A stretch of DNA of 64,000 nt, taken from NCBI GenBank assembly GCA_002269645.1, contig NIVC01002943.1, positions 63,402-127,401 on the forward strand, read 5' to 3'. This stretch comes from Macrostomum lignano. Its lineage: Eukaryota. Each line of letters starts with the position of its first letter. Position 1 is the stretch's first letter. The translations under genes were made by a program, and so were the position numbers. Under the pieces are notes generated by a model. It did no database searches. It was not told the DNA's origin and saw only the letters and a list, made by a program, of their open reading frames with translations. Of the stretch, positions 18,240 to 31,504 are shown piece after piece.

Positions 18240-21200
18240 TCAAATGATCCTGCCACTCTGTCTGAGAGGCTGCTGCTGCTGCTGCGGCTGCTTCCGCCGA
18301 ATCCGGTAAGTCTTGGGCACCTGAGCATCCCCGGTCTGGTCGGGCATCCTGGTGGCCTGGTACTCGCGATTCTCAATAGCCGGCATAATCTGATTGCGGA
18401 TCCGATCGATGGAGCTGCTAGTCTCCAGGCTGGGTGGCGGCAGGTCCTCAACGCGGGGCAGGCCGATTCTGGACTTCCAGAACGCTTTGGCCGCCTCTGT
18501 CCGGTTGATGAGGTGCAGCAGCTGGGCGGTGGCGCCGGTGGCAAAGAAATAAAACAGATTGGCGCCCGGGAAATTCACCATACAGGTGAACACGAAGGCT
18601 GGCAGCAGGGTGTAGGCCAGCGGCTTCACCATGGACATCTGGGAAGGAGGGTTGGTCGGTGGGGGAAGTGTTGGAGGCGAATCTAAATGTCCTGGAAGTC
18701 TGGTGTGAAAGGATCTCAAATAATTAAAGGTTAAGCGTCAGAAATGGCAGCTTTGGCCATAGACAAAACACAGCTGATTAATGTCTATATAAACCATGCC
18801 AGATGCCTAAATAAAAGTACATAGTGTCAGTCGATTAGGGAAAGGCCCATGCAATCCTGTGGTAGCTGCAATTTAGTCGCTCAGACTTAGCCGCAAATTA
18901 GAGACAGTCAATCCCCAAGCACACGCTCACACAGGGTGTACAGGGCCCTGAATTTCTTATCGACAAGCAGTGTACACTCTTGGGTTAATTAGGGTAGAGC
19001 AGCTTAGCAATAAACGCGTCTGGCTCGGCCCATGGTTCGATTCTGTGCGCGGCCACTTCCATTTGGGGCCTGTGTGCATGAAAATTGGACTCAGGGTTGT
19101 CGGGCGTCGGGTCCATGAGGGCCAGCCCCCCAAAGCGCACAGAGTGTACATGCCTGATGATTAGAATGTCAGGGCCGCTGTACACCCCTGTGTGAGTGCT
19201 CAGGAGCCAGCGGAAAGGGTAGAACTCAAACTCACTTTCTGGTGAGTGCCAGACGGCTGAGCTGCGTAGAACAGGTGCACATTCAGCATCAGCAGGCCGG
19301 TGACGGTGGCAGGCAGCAGGAAGTACGGGTCTACGCAGGTGAGGTCGGTCAGCCAGAGCACGCCGCCCTGTTGAAAGCTTTCCACAGGCAGGGCGGTGGC
19401 CATGTAGATGGCGCGGATGCTGGCCAGCTGAACAAAGGTCAGGGTGAAGCAGAAGCTGCCCAACACCATCATGTTGCGGCGCATCAGTTTCCGCATTCCA
19501 GACGGCGCCAAGAACTGGGGGAACCGTTCGAATGCCTGGAGTACAACGAATGTGCAGATTAGTGGGGAACGCCGAGCTGCCCTACTGAGACCTCAGCTAC
19601 TCTCCCTGTGCTTCAGGGACCTCAGCTACTCCCTCTCTGTGCTTCAGGGACCTCAGCTACTCTCCCTGTGCTTCAGGGACCTCAGCTACTCCCTCTCTGT
19701 GCTTCAGGGACCTCAGCTACTCCCTCTCTGTGCTTCAGGGACCTCAGCTACTCCCTCTCTGTGCTTCAGGGACCTCAGCTACTCCCTCTCTGTGCTTCAG
19801 GGACCTCAGCTACTCTCCCTGTGCTTCAGGGACCTCAGCTACTCTCCCTGTGCTTCAGGGACCTCAGCTACTCCCTCTCTGTGCTTCAGGGACCTCAGCT
19901 ACTCTCCCTGTGCTTCAGGGACCTCAGCTACTCTCCCTGTGCTTCAGGGACCTCAGCTACTCTCCCTGTGCTTCAGGGACCTCAGCTACTCTCCCTGTGC
20001 TTCAGGGACCTCAGCTACTCCCTCTCTGTGCTTCAGGGACCTCAGCTACTCTCCCTGTGCTTCAGGGACCTCAGCTACTCTCCCTGTGCTTCAGGGACCT
20101 CAGCTACTCTCCCTGTGCTTCAGGGACCTCAGCTACTCCCTCTCTGTGCTTCAGGGACCTCAGCTACTCTCCCTGTGCTTCAGGGACCTCAGCTACTCTC
20201 CCTGTGCTTCAGGGACCTCAGCTACTCCCTCTCTGTGCTTCAGGGACCTCAGCTACTCTCCCTGTGCTTCAGGGACCTCAGCTACTCCCTCTCTGTGCTT
20301 CAGGGACCTCAGCTACTCCCTCTCTGTGCTTCAGGGACCTCAGCTACTCCCTCTCTGTGCTTCAGGGACCTCAGCTACTCCCTCTCTGTGCTTCAGGGAC
20401 CTCAGCTACTCTCCCTGTGCTTCAGGGACCTCAGCTACTCTCCCTGTGCTTCAGGGACCTCAGCTACTCCCTCTCTGTGCTTCAGGGACCTCAGCTACTC
20501 TCCCTGTGCTTCAGGGACCTCAGCTACTCTCCCTGTGCTTCAGGGACCTCAGCTACTCTCCCTGTGCTTCAGGGACCTCAGCTACTCTCCCTGTGCTTCA
20601 GGGACCTCAGCTACTCTCCCTGTGCTTCAGGGACCTCAGCTACTCTCCCTGTGCTTCAGGGACCTCAGCTACTCTCCCTGTGCTTCAGGGACCTCAGCTA
20701 CTCTCCCCGTGCTTCAGGGACCTCAGCTACTCCCTCCCTGTGCTTCAGGGACCTCAGCTACTCTCCCTGTGCTTCAGGGATCTCAGCCTGAATTAGAAAC
20801 CTCTGCCTGAATTAGGGACCTCACAGCCAGTGCCAGTGCCTATAGGCATAGGCAGGTACTCATATGCCTACTCACCTCTTGCTGCATCCGCATGCTAGCC
20901 TGCATGTTGCCGGATCTCTCGTAGAATTTTTGCTGCTCCATAAACTTCTGTAAATTAACAAAACTGGGCATGTCAACCCGCATCATACGCTGCAGGTACA
21001 TATTGGGCAGCAGTAGCATGAGGCGAACGCCGATGCCCATCAGAACGGCGCACAACCACCAAGGCATGTCCAAGGTGACGTGCAGAGTCTCCAGCCACTT
21101 CAGCTGCAGACTGGACGGCCACAGGCCGGTGCCGAGGCCCAGACTGGCGAATGACGGCTGCGCCAGCGAGGAGGCGGCATCGGCGAGGGCGTCTGTTGAA

Positions 21201-21725
21201 GAGCCTTCGACGAGCTCCTGGACAAAAGGCGTAAAGTGAATTGATTTTCGAAACCCCTGTCTGTTTATTGTGTACAGTCCTGGGTGTCCAGGGCATTGGG
21301 ATTCTAAATATCCTCCAGACTGGGATCTAAAATCAGACTCCAATTTTCACCTGGATGGCGGCGGGCGCATCCTCCACAAAGAAAGAAGAGCTGTCAGCTG
21401 ACGGCGGGTTGGCAGCCGCGCCTTGTCGCAGCGCCTCGTCTACCGGCGGTGCCGCCGACATCGGCGGCGTCGGCGGGTCGGCAGCTTCGGGGCCGTCAAT
21501 GAACCAGGCTCGCAGGTTGTCCACCGTGACAAAGCTGCGAGCTGTCGGCGTCAGCATAGCCGACTGTCTCGGATGCAGCTGGAGTAGCAGGGCGCGCTGC
21601 CGTTGCCATGGCAACCCGGCCGCCTGAGACAGACACCGCCTGCACACAACAAAGGCTGTGAAGCGAGTGAGACTGCCGGCTGGCGGCCGTGTGGAGGCCG
21701 CGATTTTCAAAATGCGGCGATGCAT
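18240..21725 (-). CDS. OXA1L: OXA1/COX18/YidC-family mitochondrial inner-membrane insertase, 4 exons, ~471 aa
   Basis: Exons 21725-21351, 21217-20876, 19535-19236, 18638-18240 (1416 nt). Motifs: WLETLHVTLDMPWWLCAVLMGIGVRLMLLLP and GGVLWLTDLTCVDPYFLLP. A long charged C-tail favours OXA1 over COX18 (inference). Confidence 0.8.
18918..19200. mobile_element. ~280-bp MITE/fold-back element in OXA1L intron 3
   Basis: Imperfect ~60-bp inverted repeats: 18918-18981 (agcacacgctcacacagggtgtacagggccctga..gtgtacactct) versus 19141-19200 (agagtgtacat..tcagggccgctgtacacccctgtgtgagtgct). No clear TSD. Confidence 0.65.
19583..20790. repeat. 29/31-bp minisatellite (gggacctcagctactctccctgtgcttca), OXA1L intron 2
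   Basis: Direct reading. Confidence 0.95.
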
Positions 21726-21805
21726 GAATGAACGAGGAATCCAAGTTAATAGAGTGCATACTGGGCTGAGGCCCGCTACTGACAGTAGCTGACTGGGATA
21801 ATTTT

Positions 21806-22035
21806 ACTGGGATAAACTGGCTCATTGTGCTGCTGCAGGTCCCATGGGATAAACTGGCTCATTGTGCTGCTGCAGGTCCCATGGGATAAACTGACTCATT
21901 GTGCTGCTGCAGGTCCCATGGGATAAACTGGCTCATTGTGCTGCTGCAGGTCCCATGGGATAAACTGGCTCATTGTGCTGCTGCTGCAGGTCCCATGGGA
22001 TAAACTGGCTAATTGTGCTGCTGCTGCAGGTCCCG
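21806..22035. repeat. 37-bp minisatellite (gggataaactggctcattgtgctgctgcaggtcccat) between PEX1 and OXA1L
   Basis: Direct reading, ~6 units. Confidence 0.9.
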
Positions 22036-22276
22036 CGTCTTATGAGATGATAAACTTGCAGGTGGAACGGATATCTAGATAAAATGACACAAATGCCGTA
22101 GGATATGAATCAATCAATCAAGAATTACTAAAAAATCATGCAATAAAAATCCTTAACTAGAACAAATATATTAAAACTCTTTTTACAGACTACTAATAAG
22201 AAATGGCGCATTAGTGCATGTTATCATCAGCGACAGCACTACTCATAGTAGCACAATGTCAATCAAATTCAAGCAA

Positions 22277-25200
22277 TCAGGCAAACATCACTCTTCGGCC
22301 GGGTTGCAGTGCAGTTGGCGAAGCAGCAGATTCGCCGCCTACTACTGACAGTAGCGAAGGCCGCACCCTGTCCAGAGCGGCCAGCAGCTCGGACTGTCCA
22401 TAGCAGCAGCTGTCAGCGCTGGCCTCGGCAGCGGCTGCCAGCAGCAGGGCGTTAAAATCGGCCGAGCAGAAGCCCTCAGTAGAATCGGCGATGCGGTCAA
22501 GCAGCTGCTCCTTGTCGGCGAGTTCAGCGAAGCCGTCGGCAGTCAGCAGCGAGTCGATGATGCTCCGACGATCTTCGCGTCCGGGCAGCTGGCAGACGGC
22601 GCGCAGGCCGATGCGGCCGGGACGGAGCAGGGCGGGGTCGACGAGGTCCGGCCGGTTGGTGGCGGCCAGGAGGGCCACCCCGGCCAGGCCGTCCGAGTCC
22701 AGGCCGTCCAGCTCGGTGAGCAGCTGATTGACAACTTGGTCGGTGACGCCGGTGCTGTCGTTGCCGCGTCTGGGCGCCAGGGCGTCCACCTGGGGGGTTG
22801 AGGATTGGAAAGAGTGAACAGGCGTTGGGCTGTTCAAAGACTTCAATGTTCACTACATGACCCGTACAGCCTTTGGTGTACACTACTTGACCAGTACAGC
22901 CTTTGGTGTACACTAATGACTCGTACAGCCTTTGGTGTACACTACAAGACCAAAGACCCGTACAGCCTTTGGTGTGCACTACATGACCCGAACAGCCTTT
23001 GGTGTGCACTACATGACCCGAACAGCCTTTGGTGTGCACTACATGACCCGAACAGCCTTTGGTGTGCACTACATGACCCGTACAGCCTTTGGTGTGCACT
23101 ACATGACCCGTACAGCCTTTGGTGTGCACTACATGACCTGTACAGCCTTTGGTGTGCACTACATGACCCGTACAGCCTTTGGTGTGCACTACACGACCAG
23201 TACAGCCTTTGGTGTACACTAATGACCCGTACAGCCTTTGGTGTACACTACAAGACCAAAGACCCGTACAGCCTTTGGTGTGCACTACATGACCCGAACA
23301 GCCTTTGGTGTGCACTACATGACCCGTACAGCCTTTGGTGTGCACTACATGACCCGAACAGCCTTTGGTGTGCACTACATGACCCGTACAGCCTTTGGTG
23401 TGCACTACATGACCCGTACAGCCTTTGGTGTGCACTACATGACCTGTACAGCCTTTGGTGTGCACTACATGACCCGTACAGCCTTTGGTGTGCACTACAC
23501 GACCAGTACAGCCTTTGGTGTACACTAATGACCCGTACAGCCTTTGGTGTACACTACAAGACCAAAGACCCGTACAGCCTTTGGTGTGCACTACATGACC
23601 CGAACAGCCTTTGATGTGCACTACATGACCCGTACAGACTTTGGTGTGCACTACATGACCCGTACAGCCTTTGGTGTGCACTACATGACCCGTACAGCCT
23701 TTGGTGTGCACTACATGACCTGTACAGCCTTTGGTGTGCACTACATGACCCGTACAGCCTTTGGTGTGCACTACATGACCCGTACAGCCTTTGGTGTGCA
23801 CTACATGACCCGTACAGCCTTTGGTGTACACTAATGACCCGTACAGCCTTTGGTGTACACTACAAGACCAAAGACCCGTACAGCCTTTGGTGTGCACTAC
23901 ATGACTCGTACAGCCTTTGGTGTGCACTACATCACCCGTACAGCCTTTGGTGTACACTACACGACCAGTACAGCCTTTGGTGTACACTAATGACCCCACA
24001 GCCTTTGGTGTGCACTACATGACCCGTACAGCCTTTGGTGTGCACTACATGACCCGTACAGCCTTTGGTGTGCACTACATGACCCGTACAGCCTTTGGTG
24101 TGCACTACATGACACGTACAGCCTTTGGTGTACACTACATGACCCGTACAGCTTTTGGTGTACACTACATGACTCGCACAAAGAATTTAAGGTACACTAC
24201 ATGACCCACACAAAGACTTTGATCTACACTGCATGCCCCGCATAAAGACTTTGACGTACAATTACATGACCAGCACAAAGTCTTTAATGTACTCTAAATG
24301 ACCCGTAAAGGCCATGATATGCAGACCCGTACAAAGACTTTGAGGTCCATCTACTTCTTGACGCGTAACAGACTTTGATCTATCCCCTATCAAACAGGCG
24401 CAGACAATCATACACACCTCGTCCAGAAACACCAGACACGGCTGCAGGCGTCGAGCTTTAGCGAACAGATCGCGCACCGCTCGCTCGCTGGCGCCAACAA
24501 ATTTGCTGAGCAGCTCCGGTCCGCGCACGGCCAGCAGACGGAGACGGAGGTGGCGGGCCAGCGCCATGACCAGCATGGATTTGCCGCAGCCAGACGGTCC
24601 AGTCAGCAACACGCCAGCGGTGGCAGCGGCGCCGCCGCGTACGCGCTGGACTAAGCGCGGGAATCGCAGCGGCCAGATGATGGCGCGCTCCAACACAGCT
24701 TTGGCCGAATCCAGGCCGCAGATCTGAGCGCGATCATTTTGACAGATTTTTGTAGATGACAAGACTGGCTTTTAGTGGGTGTTTATAGCTACTCTTAGAG
24801 GGTGTTTATAGCTACCGTTAGTGGGTGTTTATAGTTAATTTTAAGTGGGTGCCTATAATAGATATGTGTTTTAAGAGCAGAGTTTCAGTGGGTGTTTATA
24901 GCTACCCTTATTAGGTGTTTATAGCTACTCTTAGTAGGTGTTTATAGCTGCTCTTTGTAAGTTTATAGTCACCTTTAGTGGGTGTTTGGAGTTACTTTTA
25001 GTGGGTGTTTATAGCTACTCTCAGTAGGTTTTTACGCTCGTTTAAGCTACTTTTAGTGGGTTTTTAAATCGGATGCTAGGTGTTCAGAACAGACTTTCAG
25101 TGGGTGTTTATAGCTTACCATCATTGGGTGTTAATGGCGATTGTTACATGGTTTATAGCGCATATTAAAGCTTGTAGCTTGTAGCGGAGTTATGTAGCTC

Positions 25201-28200
25201 CTAGCTCCTTACCTGGTCATACTCAAGCGGCAGCTGAGCCCTAGCCGGATTGCACTCATCCCTGGCCTGCCTGACAGCGCCCAGAGCCACTTCCAACTGA
25301 AGCCTGGCGGCAGTGTCCGGGCTGCAGTATTCCAGAATCCGCTTGCACCTGGCGAACTCGCCCAGCGTCAGCTGCCGGCTAGCGGAGTCGGCGCCATCAG
25401 CGGAGAGCGTCAGCAGCCGGCGCATGTCACCGGTGGGCGACAGGCGGATGTCCAACTGGCTGTCCGTGTCAAAGAGGCACTGACCGGCTGCCGAATCAAT
25501 CAGCTGAGAATTTATAGGGCCGCCTGCAGTGGCCAGCAGCATTAAGCCGGGCTGGTGGCGAGCCCATTTCAATAGGCTGCGAATCAGGTGGCACAGGCGA
25601 ACCAGCTGGACCTGATGGGCGGTTGCCAGGGGAGTAGGCAGCATAGCTTGAATCTATCACAGGCAATTGTCGGTGCGCATAGGCCTGCTGCTTTCAAAAT
25701 TGAGCAATGGGCCAGACTGGCATGCAGTGAAGCGAATCGTCAGGCCCTCACAAACACACGCGCCTGCTAGGCTCAGACTGTACATTTGGTGCCCCGCTAG
25801 CTACTAGAAAAATGTGCAGAGTGCGCGCTTATCTATTAAAGCAGGCATAATTACAGACAGTGTACGCAGCTGCCAGGGGCAGGTAAACAGTGAAGACATT
25901 TAGCGAGTAGCTTACTACTGCCTCAGGGGTCACACACTGCAACGATAACAGATTCCGACAGGCGGCATTCGGGTTTGATTTGACCGCCGGCTTTAACACT
26001 TAGCAGTATATCTAGACTTTTATTCATAAAGCTGAGTCGATCAAAAACTTTTTTCACGGCAGTGGGGAAGCATTTTATCACATTTTTATAAACCTAATTT
26101 ACTAAACGAAAATCTTTCTAAATATCAATAGAGCTATAGGAATGGCACAACATATCAAAAGATGAACACTGGGTCTGCCTCCTATCGAAAGCAATAACAA
26201 TTTTTGTGCTGAAAAAATGAGGACTTCCAATCTCCGTAGTGTCTTTTTCGGCGAGAACCAGCCTCATAAACATCTAAGAAACGTAGGAAACGTCATCTAC
26301 TTGAGGAGTCCTTGATTTTTTTAATATTGGAGTTCTTGTAGAGGACTATGGCAACTGAAAAAAAGCTCAGACTGCAGGCTACCGAATTACACGAATCGAG
26401 TCCGGGACCCAGACAAAAAATCTCCGAATGCTATTGCTACCTCTGCGCCGGTGCCGACTTGGCCGTCTTCAACTGGCGCGCAGGCAGCGTCCAGGTTGTC
26501 CAGCAGCAGGCCAGCGGGCGCCCGGGCCGCGGCAAGGCGGGCCGACCGCCACAGCCGCCTGCGCGCCGATGCGAACTCCAGCCGGGCCAGCCGACGGCAG
26601 TCCACGGCGTCGCCGGCGTGGAAGCCGTTGCGACGCAGCCGCGACGCGAACCGACACAGTAGCGCCGTTTTGCCTGAGCCGCCGCCGCCACCGCTGCTGT
26701 CATCTCGAAACAGAGTCAGGCAGCTCAGCCTGCTGGGACCGGCCACGGCCGCGGTGAACTGGCGAAACAGCTGACTGACCAGCGGCTCCAGGGCGTCAGC
26801 CAGCCAGTCTGGCAGCTGTTCGTTGTCGCCACCATCGCCATCTTGATCATTGACAGCGGCTGACTCAACTGTCGAGATGCCCAGCCGGGGTCCCAATTCG
26901 CGGCATAGGAGAGCGAATGGCAACTGAGGCGGCTGCTGCTGTTTGGCACTGCTCGGGTGGAAAATCAGCTCGGTCAGGCAGGCGTGATGGACACCGCTGT
27001 CTTCTGAAGCCAGTTTTTGTTTTCTTCTACTTTTTATGATCATACACTGGCTGCCGCTACCCTCCTGTGGGTCATACACTGGCTGCCGCTACCCTCCTGT
27101 GGGTCATTTAGTGGCTGCCGCTACCCTCCTGTGGGTCATTTAGTGGCTGCCGCTACCCTCCGGTGGGTCATTTAGTGGCTGCCGCTACCCTCCTGTGGGT
27201 CATACACTGGCTGCCGCTACCCTCCTGTGGGTCATACACTGGCTGCCGCTACCCTCCTGTGGGTCATTTAGTGGCTGCCACTACCCTCCTGTGGGTCATT
27301 TAGTGGCTGCCACTACCCTCCTGTGGGTCATTTAGTGGCTGCCACTACCCTCCTGTGGGTCATTTAGTGGCTGCCGCTACCCTCCTGTGGGTCATTTAGT
27401 GGCTGCCGCTACCCTCCTGTGGGTCATTTAGTGGCTGCCGCTACCCTCCTGTGGGTCATTTAGTGGCTGCCGCTACCCTCCTGTGGGTCATTTAGTGGCT
27501 GCCGCTACCCTCCTGTGGGTCATTTAGTGGCTGCCGCTACCCTCCTGTGGGGCATACACTGACTGCTGCTACCCTCCTGTGGGTCATTCAGTGGCTGCCG
27601 CTACCATCCTGTGGGTTATTCAGTGGCTGCCGCTACCATCCTGTGGGTCATTCAGTGGCTGCCGCTACCATCCTGTGGGTCATTCAGTGGCTGCCGCTAC
27701 CCTGCTGTGGGTCATACACTGGCTGCCGCTACCATCCTGTGGGTTATTCAGTGGCTGCCGCTACCATCCTGTGGGTTATTCAGTGGCTGCCGCTACCATT
27801 CTGTGGGTTATTCAGTGGCTGCCGCTACCATCCTGTGGGTTATTCAGTGGCTGTCGCTACCCTGCTGTGGGTCATACACTGGCTGCCGCTACCATCCTGT
27901 GGGTCATTCAGTGGCTGCCGCTACCCTGCTGTGGGTCATACACTGGCTGCCGCTACCATCATGTGGGTTATTCAGTGGCTGCCGCTACCATCCTGTGGGT
28001 TATTCAGTGGCTGCCGCTACCATTCTGTGGGTTATTCAGTGGCTGCCGCTACCATCCTGTGGGTTATTCAGTGGCTGCCGCTACCCTCCTGTGGGGCATA
28101 CACTGACTGCTGCTACCCTCCTGTGGGTCATTCAGTGGCTGCCGCTACTATCCTGTGGGTCATTCAGTGGCTGCCGCTACCATCCTGTGGGTCATTCAGT

Positions 28201-31200
28201 GGCTGCCGCTACCCTGCTGTGGGTCATACACTGGCTGCCGCTACCATCCTGTGGGTCATTCAGTGGCTGCCGCTACCCTGCTGTGGGTCATACACTGGCT
28301 GCCGCTACCCTCCTGTGGGTCATTCAGTGGCTGTCAAGCAATATAAAATCCAAATTAAAGACACAACTATAACAAATAATATTAATAGACTCACCGGTAA
28401 AGGCGAGCTTTCTATTGCCCAAAATCAAGGCCGGATTATCAGCTGTTCTTGTCCTGATAAATCCCTCCAGCGCCTGTTTGGCAGCCTGATAAAGGAAACG
28501 AGAATTGAAACACGGTCTGGATTATAAACAGAAGCATTTGACGGGAATTATATAAATGGCAGTCAGTCTCGCAAGTCTAACAAGCACACAATCTCTCATA
28601 CAAAAACACACATGTGAGCACAGCACTAACATGCAATTTGTCGGCTTTGCCAGACAATCGAAGCTCTTTTAAACGAATGCAGCCTTTGATTAAATCTGAG
28701 GTGACATCGGAGCCGGCGGTCTCGGCCTGAAGGACACGAGGCTTGACCAGCCGCAGCCAGGAGCCGCAGGCGATGCCAAGGGCAGCGGCGCAGGCTGGGG
28801 TCAACTGGAGACAGTCCGCAGGCACGGAGTCGCAGGGCAGCAGCTTCAACAGCAGAGGGCCGCCAGCTTTGGCTGATGACTCATCCATCACGGCTGACTC
28901 TTGCGGTCCTAACAGCTGGACTTCGACCAGGCACCAGCTGGCACTGCGGCTGCCGCCGGCTGACCGCAGGTGGCGCGGACTGACGAGGCCGCAGTTTGGC
29001 TCGGCGATGCGGTCGGAGGCTTCGGGAACTGCGCGAGCCTGCGGTTTTGAGTTTGAGACGTGCAGGCTTGATCATAATTTAAGGACTTTTGAATAGCAAA
29101 AAGCATGGTTTCGTGTTTTGTGTTACAGTGTGTCAGTGACGCATCAGCTTTCTTTTTGTGTCATAGCGTGTGTCAGTGACGCATCAGCTTTCTTTTTGTG
29201 TCATAGCCTGTGTCAGTGACGCATCAGCTTTCTTTTTGTGTCATAGCGTGTGTCAGTGATGCATCAGCTTTCATTTTGTGTCATAGCGTGTGTCAGTGAC
29301 GCATCAGCTTTCATTTTGTGTCACAGCGTGTGTCAGTGACGCATCAGCTTTCTTTTTGTGTCATAGCGTGTGTCAGTGACGCATCAGCTTTCTTTTTGTG
29401 TCATAGCGTGTGTCAGTGATGCATCAGCTTTCATTTTGTGTCATAGCGTGTGTCAGTGACGCATCAGCTTTCATTTTGTGTCACAGCGTGTCAGTGACGC
29501 ATCAGCTTTCATTTTGTGTCACAGCGTGTGTCAGTGACACATCAGCTTTCATTTTGTCACAGCGTGTGTCAGTGACACATCAGCTTTCATTTTGTGTCAC
29601 AGCGTGTGTCAGTGACACATCAGCTTTCATTTTGTGTCACAGCGTGTGTCAGTGACGCATCAGCTTTCATTTTGTGTCACAGCGTGTCAGTGACGCATCA
29701 GCTTTCATTTTGTGTCACAGCGTGTGTCAGTGACACATCAGCTTTCATTTTGTCACAGCGTGTGTCAGTGACACATCAGCTTTCATTTTGTGTCACAGCG
29801 TGTGTCAGTGACACATCAGCTTTCATTTTGTGTCACAGCGTGTGTCAGTGACACATCAGCTTTCATTTTGTGTCACAGCGTGTGTCAGTGACACATCAGC
29901 TTTCATTTTGTGTCACAGCGTGTGTCAGTGACGCATCAGCTTTCATTTTGTGTCACAGCGTGTGTCATGACACACCAGCTTTTATTTTGTGTCATAGCGT
30001 GTAATGACACCAGTTTTCATTTTGCGTCATAGTGAGTGTCATGACAAACTGTAAACATGGAGTCTGCAGACTTGTGCAGCTTCTCTGGGTCAGAGGCTCA
30101 GCAGTGTAAAAGGTCCGGTAGCGATGTTGGTATTTGAACTGACGCCAGCTGGCATCCTGAGTTTGGCATTCCCGTGGAATATCAAGACAGTTTATTTAGC
30201 TTTCACAAGCTCGAAATGTCCATCAACTCACCTGTAGCAGCAGCGGGCGATGGTAACTCGGCCTTGAGCTGCTCGCAGGCGACACTCCAGCCGGTCCGTT
30301 CGTCAGCTGGCCGACGCAACGTCTGCAGGCGGCCCGCAGCCGCAGCAGCTGGCCGATGCCCAGGCCGTGGCCAATCAGCCAGCGGCAGACAAAATCCGCC
30401 AGCTTCCACAGAATGCCGGGCAACCAAGCTGGCCGGACTGCGGAGTCTTCATCACCAGCAACTGGCAATGCGGCCTCTTCTGCTGCAGGCTCTGCTTCTG
30501 TTGGCGAATTTCCTGGCGTTGCCAACCCGTTGCCAAGGCCAACAGCTCGTCCGCCGCTGAATTGACCATGCTGACGGCAGTTCAAATGCAGCGTAGTGCT
30601 GATGCCCAGCCGGCCGAATTTGTTCTCAATGCTGATTGGATGAAAGTTTTCCACTGTGCAGTACACCAGCTGGCCGCCGCACCACACTGGCAGCTGCATG
30701 CCGAGGTACACGAATGAGCACTGCAGCAGGAAGCCCTGCTCAAGCTCTGCCTCGCATTTGCGCTGCAATGCAGGGTTTGTGAGGATTTTTTATCTTTGAA
30801 CCTCACAGGTACTTCAGTGTGTTTCTATCCCTGATGCTCACAGGTACTTCAGTGTGTTTCTATCCCTGATGCTCACAGGTACTTCAGTGTGTTTCTATCC
30901 CTGATGCTCACAGGTACTTCAGTGTGCTTCTATCCCTGATGCTCACATGTACATGTGGTTGCTAAAACTTGAACCCGGAGAATTTAGACTTTGGCATATA
31001 ACTTACCAAAACATCCAAATCGAATGATGTCGCATCTAATGACACTGAGGATAGCAATGGAACAGTGCTAGGATCAATAACAGTCAGGGTTACCTGAAGT
31101 ATCGATAAAAAATATATACTTAGTATAAACAGAAGGCTAATGTAATTTAGACAAGAAAATAGCTGTTTAATTAATCTTACAAAGTCATCAGCGTTTAAGT

Positions 31201-31504
31201 GAAGTTTCTTGAACAAATAGTTAGGGATGCTTAGAACTGAAGATGGCACAGTGCCAACACAGGCTACAGAGCATGCCACGAATGCTGGCACTTTAGCATC
31301 AATGGATGCATACACAATCTGCAGTGTTAATATTTAATTGATGTAGTAAAAAATCAATGACTTGATAAGTGCATACAATATTGTTTCAAAACTCACCCCA
31401 TTTTTAACAAGACTGGCTGAAATATGTTGACTAGAACTGAGCTTGCATGTACATGTTTTTTCATAGTTAGTAGATACTTTGACATTGCTAATTATCATAA
31501 TCAT
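22277..31504 (-). CDS. PEX1: Peroxisomal AAA ATPase PEX1, 10 exons, ~1047 aa
   Basis: Exons 31504-31397, 31318-31181, 31093-31007, 30762-30232, 29038-28631, 28485-28395, 27003-26441, 25611-25213, 24723-24418, 22789-22277 (3144 nt, in frame). D1 GSGKT..LLLDNLD; D2 [80 protein letters not shown]-terminus PGRRVMFA is PEX1-like, as is the N-domain ([21 protein letters not shown]). The AT-rich exons 1-3 are less certain. Confidence 0.9.
22852..24260. repeat. 30-bp minisatellite (tacatgacccgtacagcctttggtgtgcac) with 306-bp higher-order repeat, PEX1 intron 9
   Basis: Variant unit tacaagaccaaagacccg recurs at 22943, 23249, 23555, 23861. Confidence 0.95.
24770..25130. repeat. Degenerate ~23-bp repeat (tagtgggtgtttatagctactct), PEX1 intron 8
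   Basis: Direct reading. Confidence 0.7.
27040..28335. repeat. 32-bp minisatellite (gtggctgccgctaccatcctgtgggtcattca), PEX1 intron 6
   Basis: Direct reading. Confidence 0.95.
29125..30030. repeat. ~40-bp minisatellite (gtgtcagtgacgcatcagctttcattttgtgtcacagcgt), PEX1 intron 4
   Basis: Direct reading. Confidence 0.95.
30803..30945. repeat. 35-bp repeat x4 (ctcacaggtacttcagtgtgtttctatccctgatg), PEX1 intron 3
   Basis: Direct reading. Confidence 0.9.

Noticed and set aside
26441-26720. Degenerate Walker B (DN) in the first AAA domain
   Set aside because: A poorly conserved D1 domain is normal for PEX1/PEX6.
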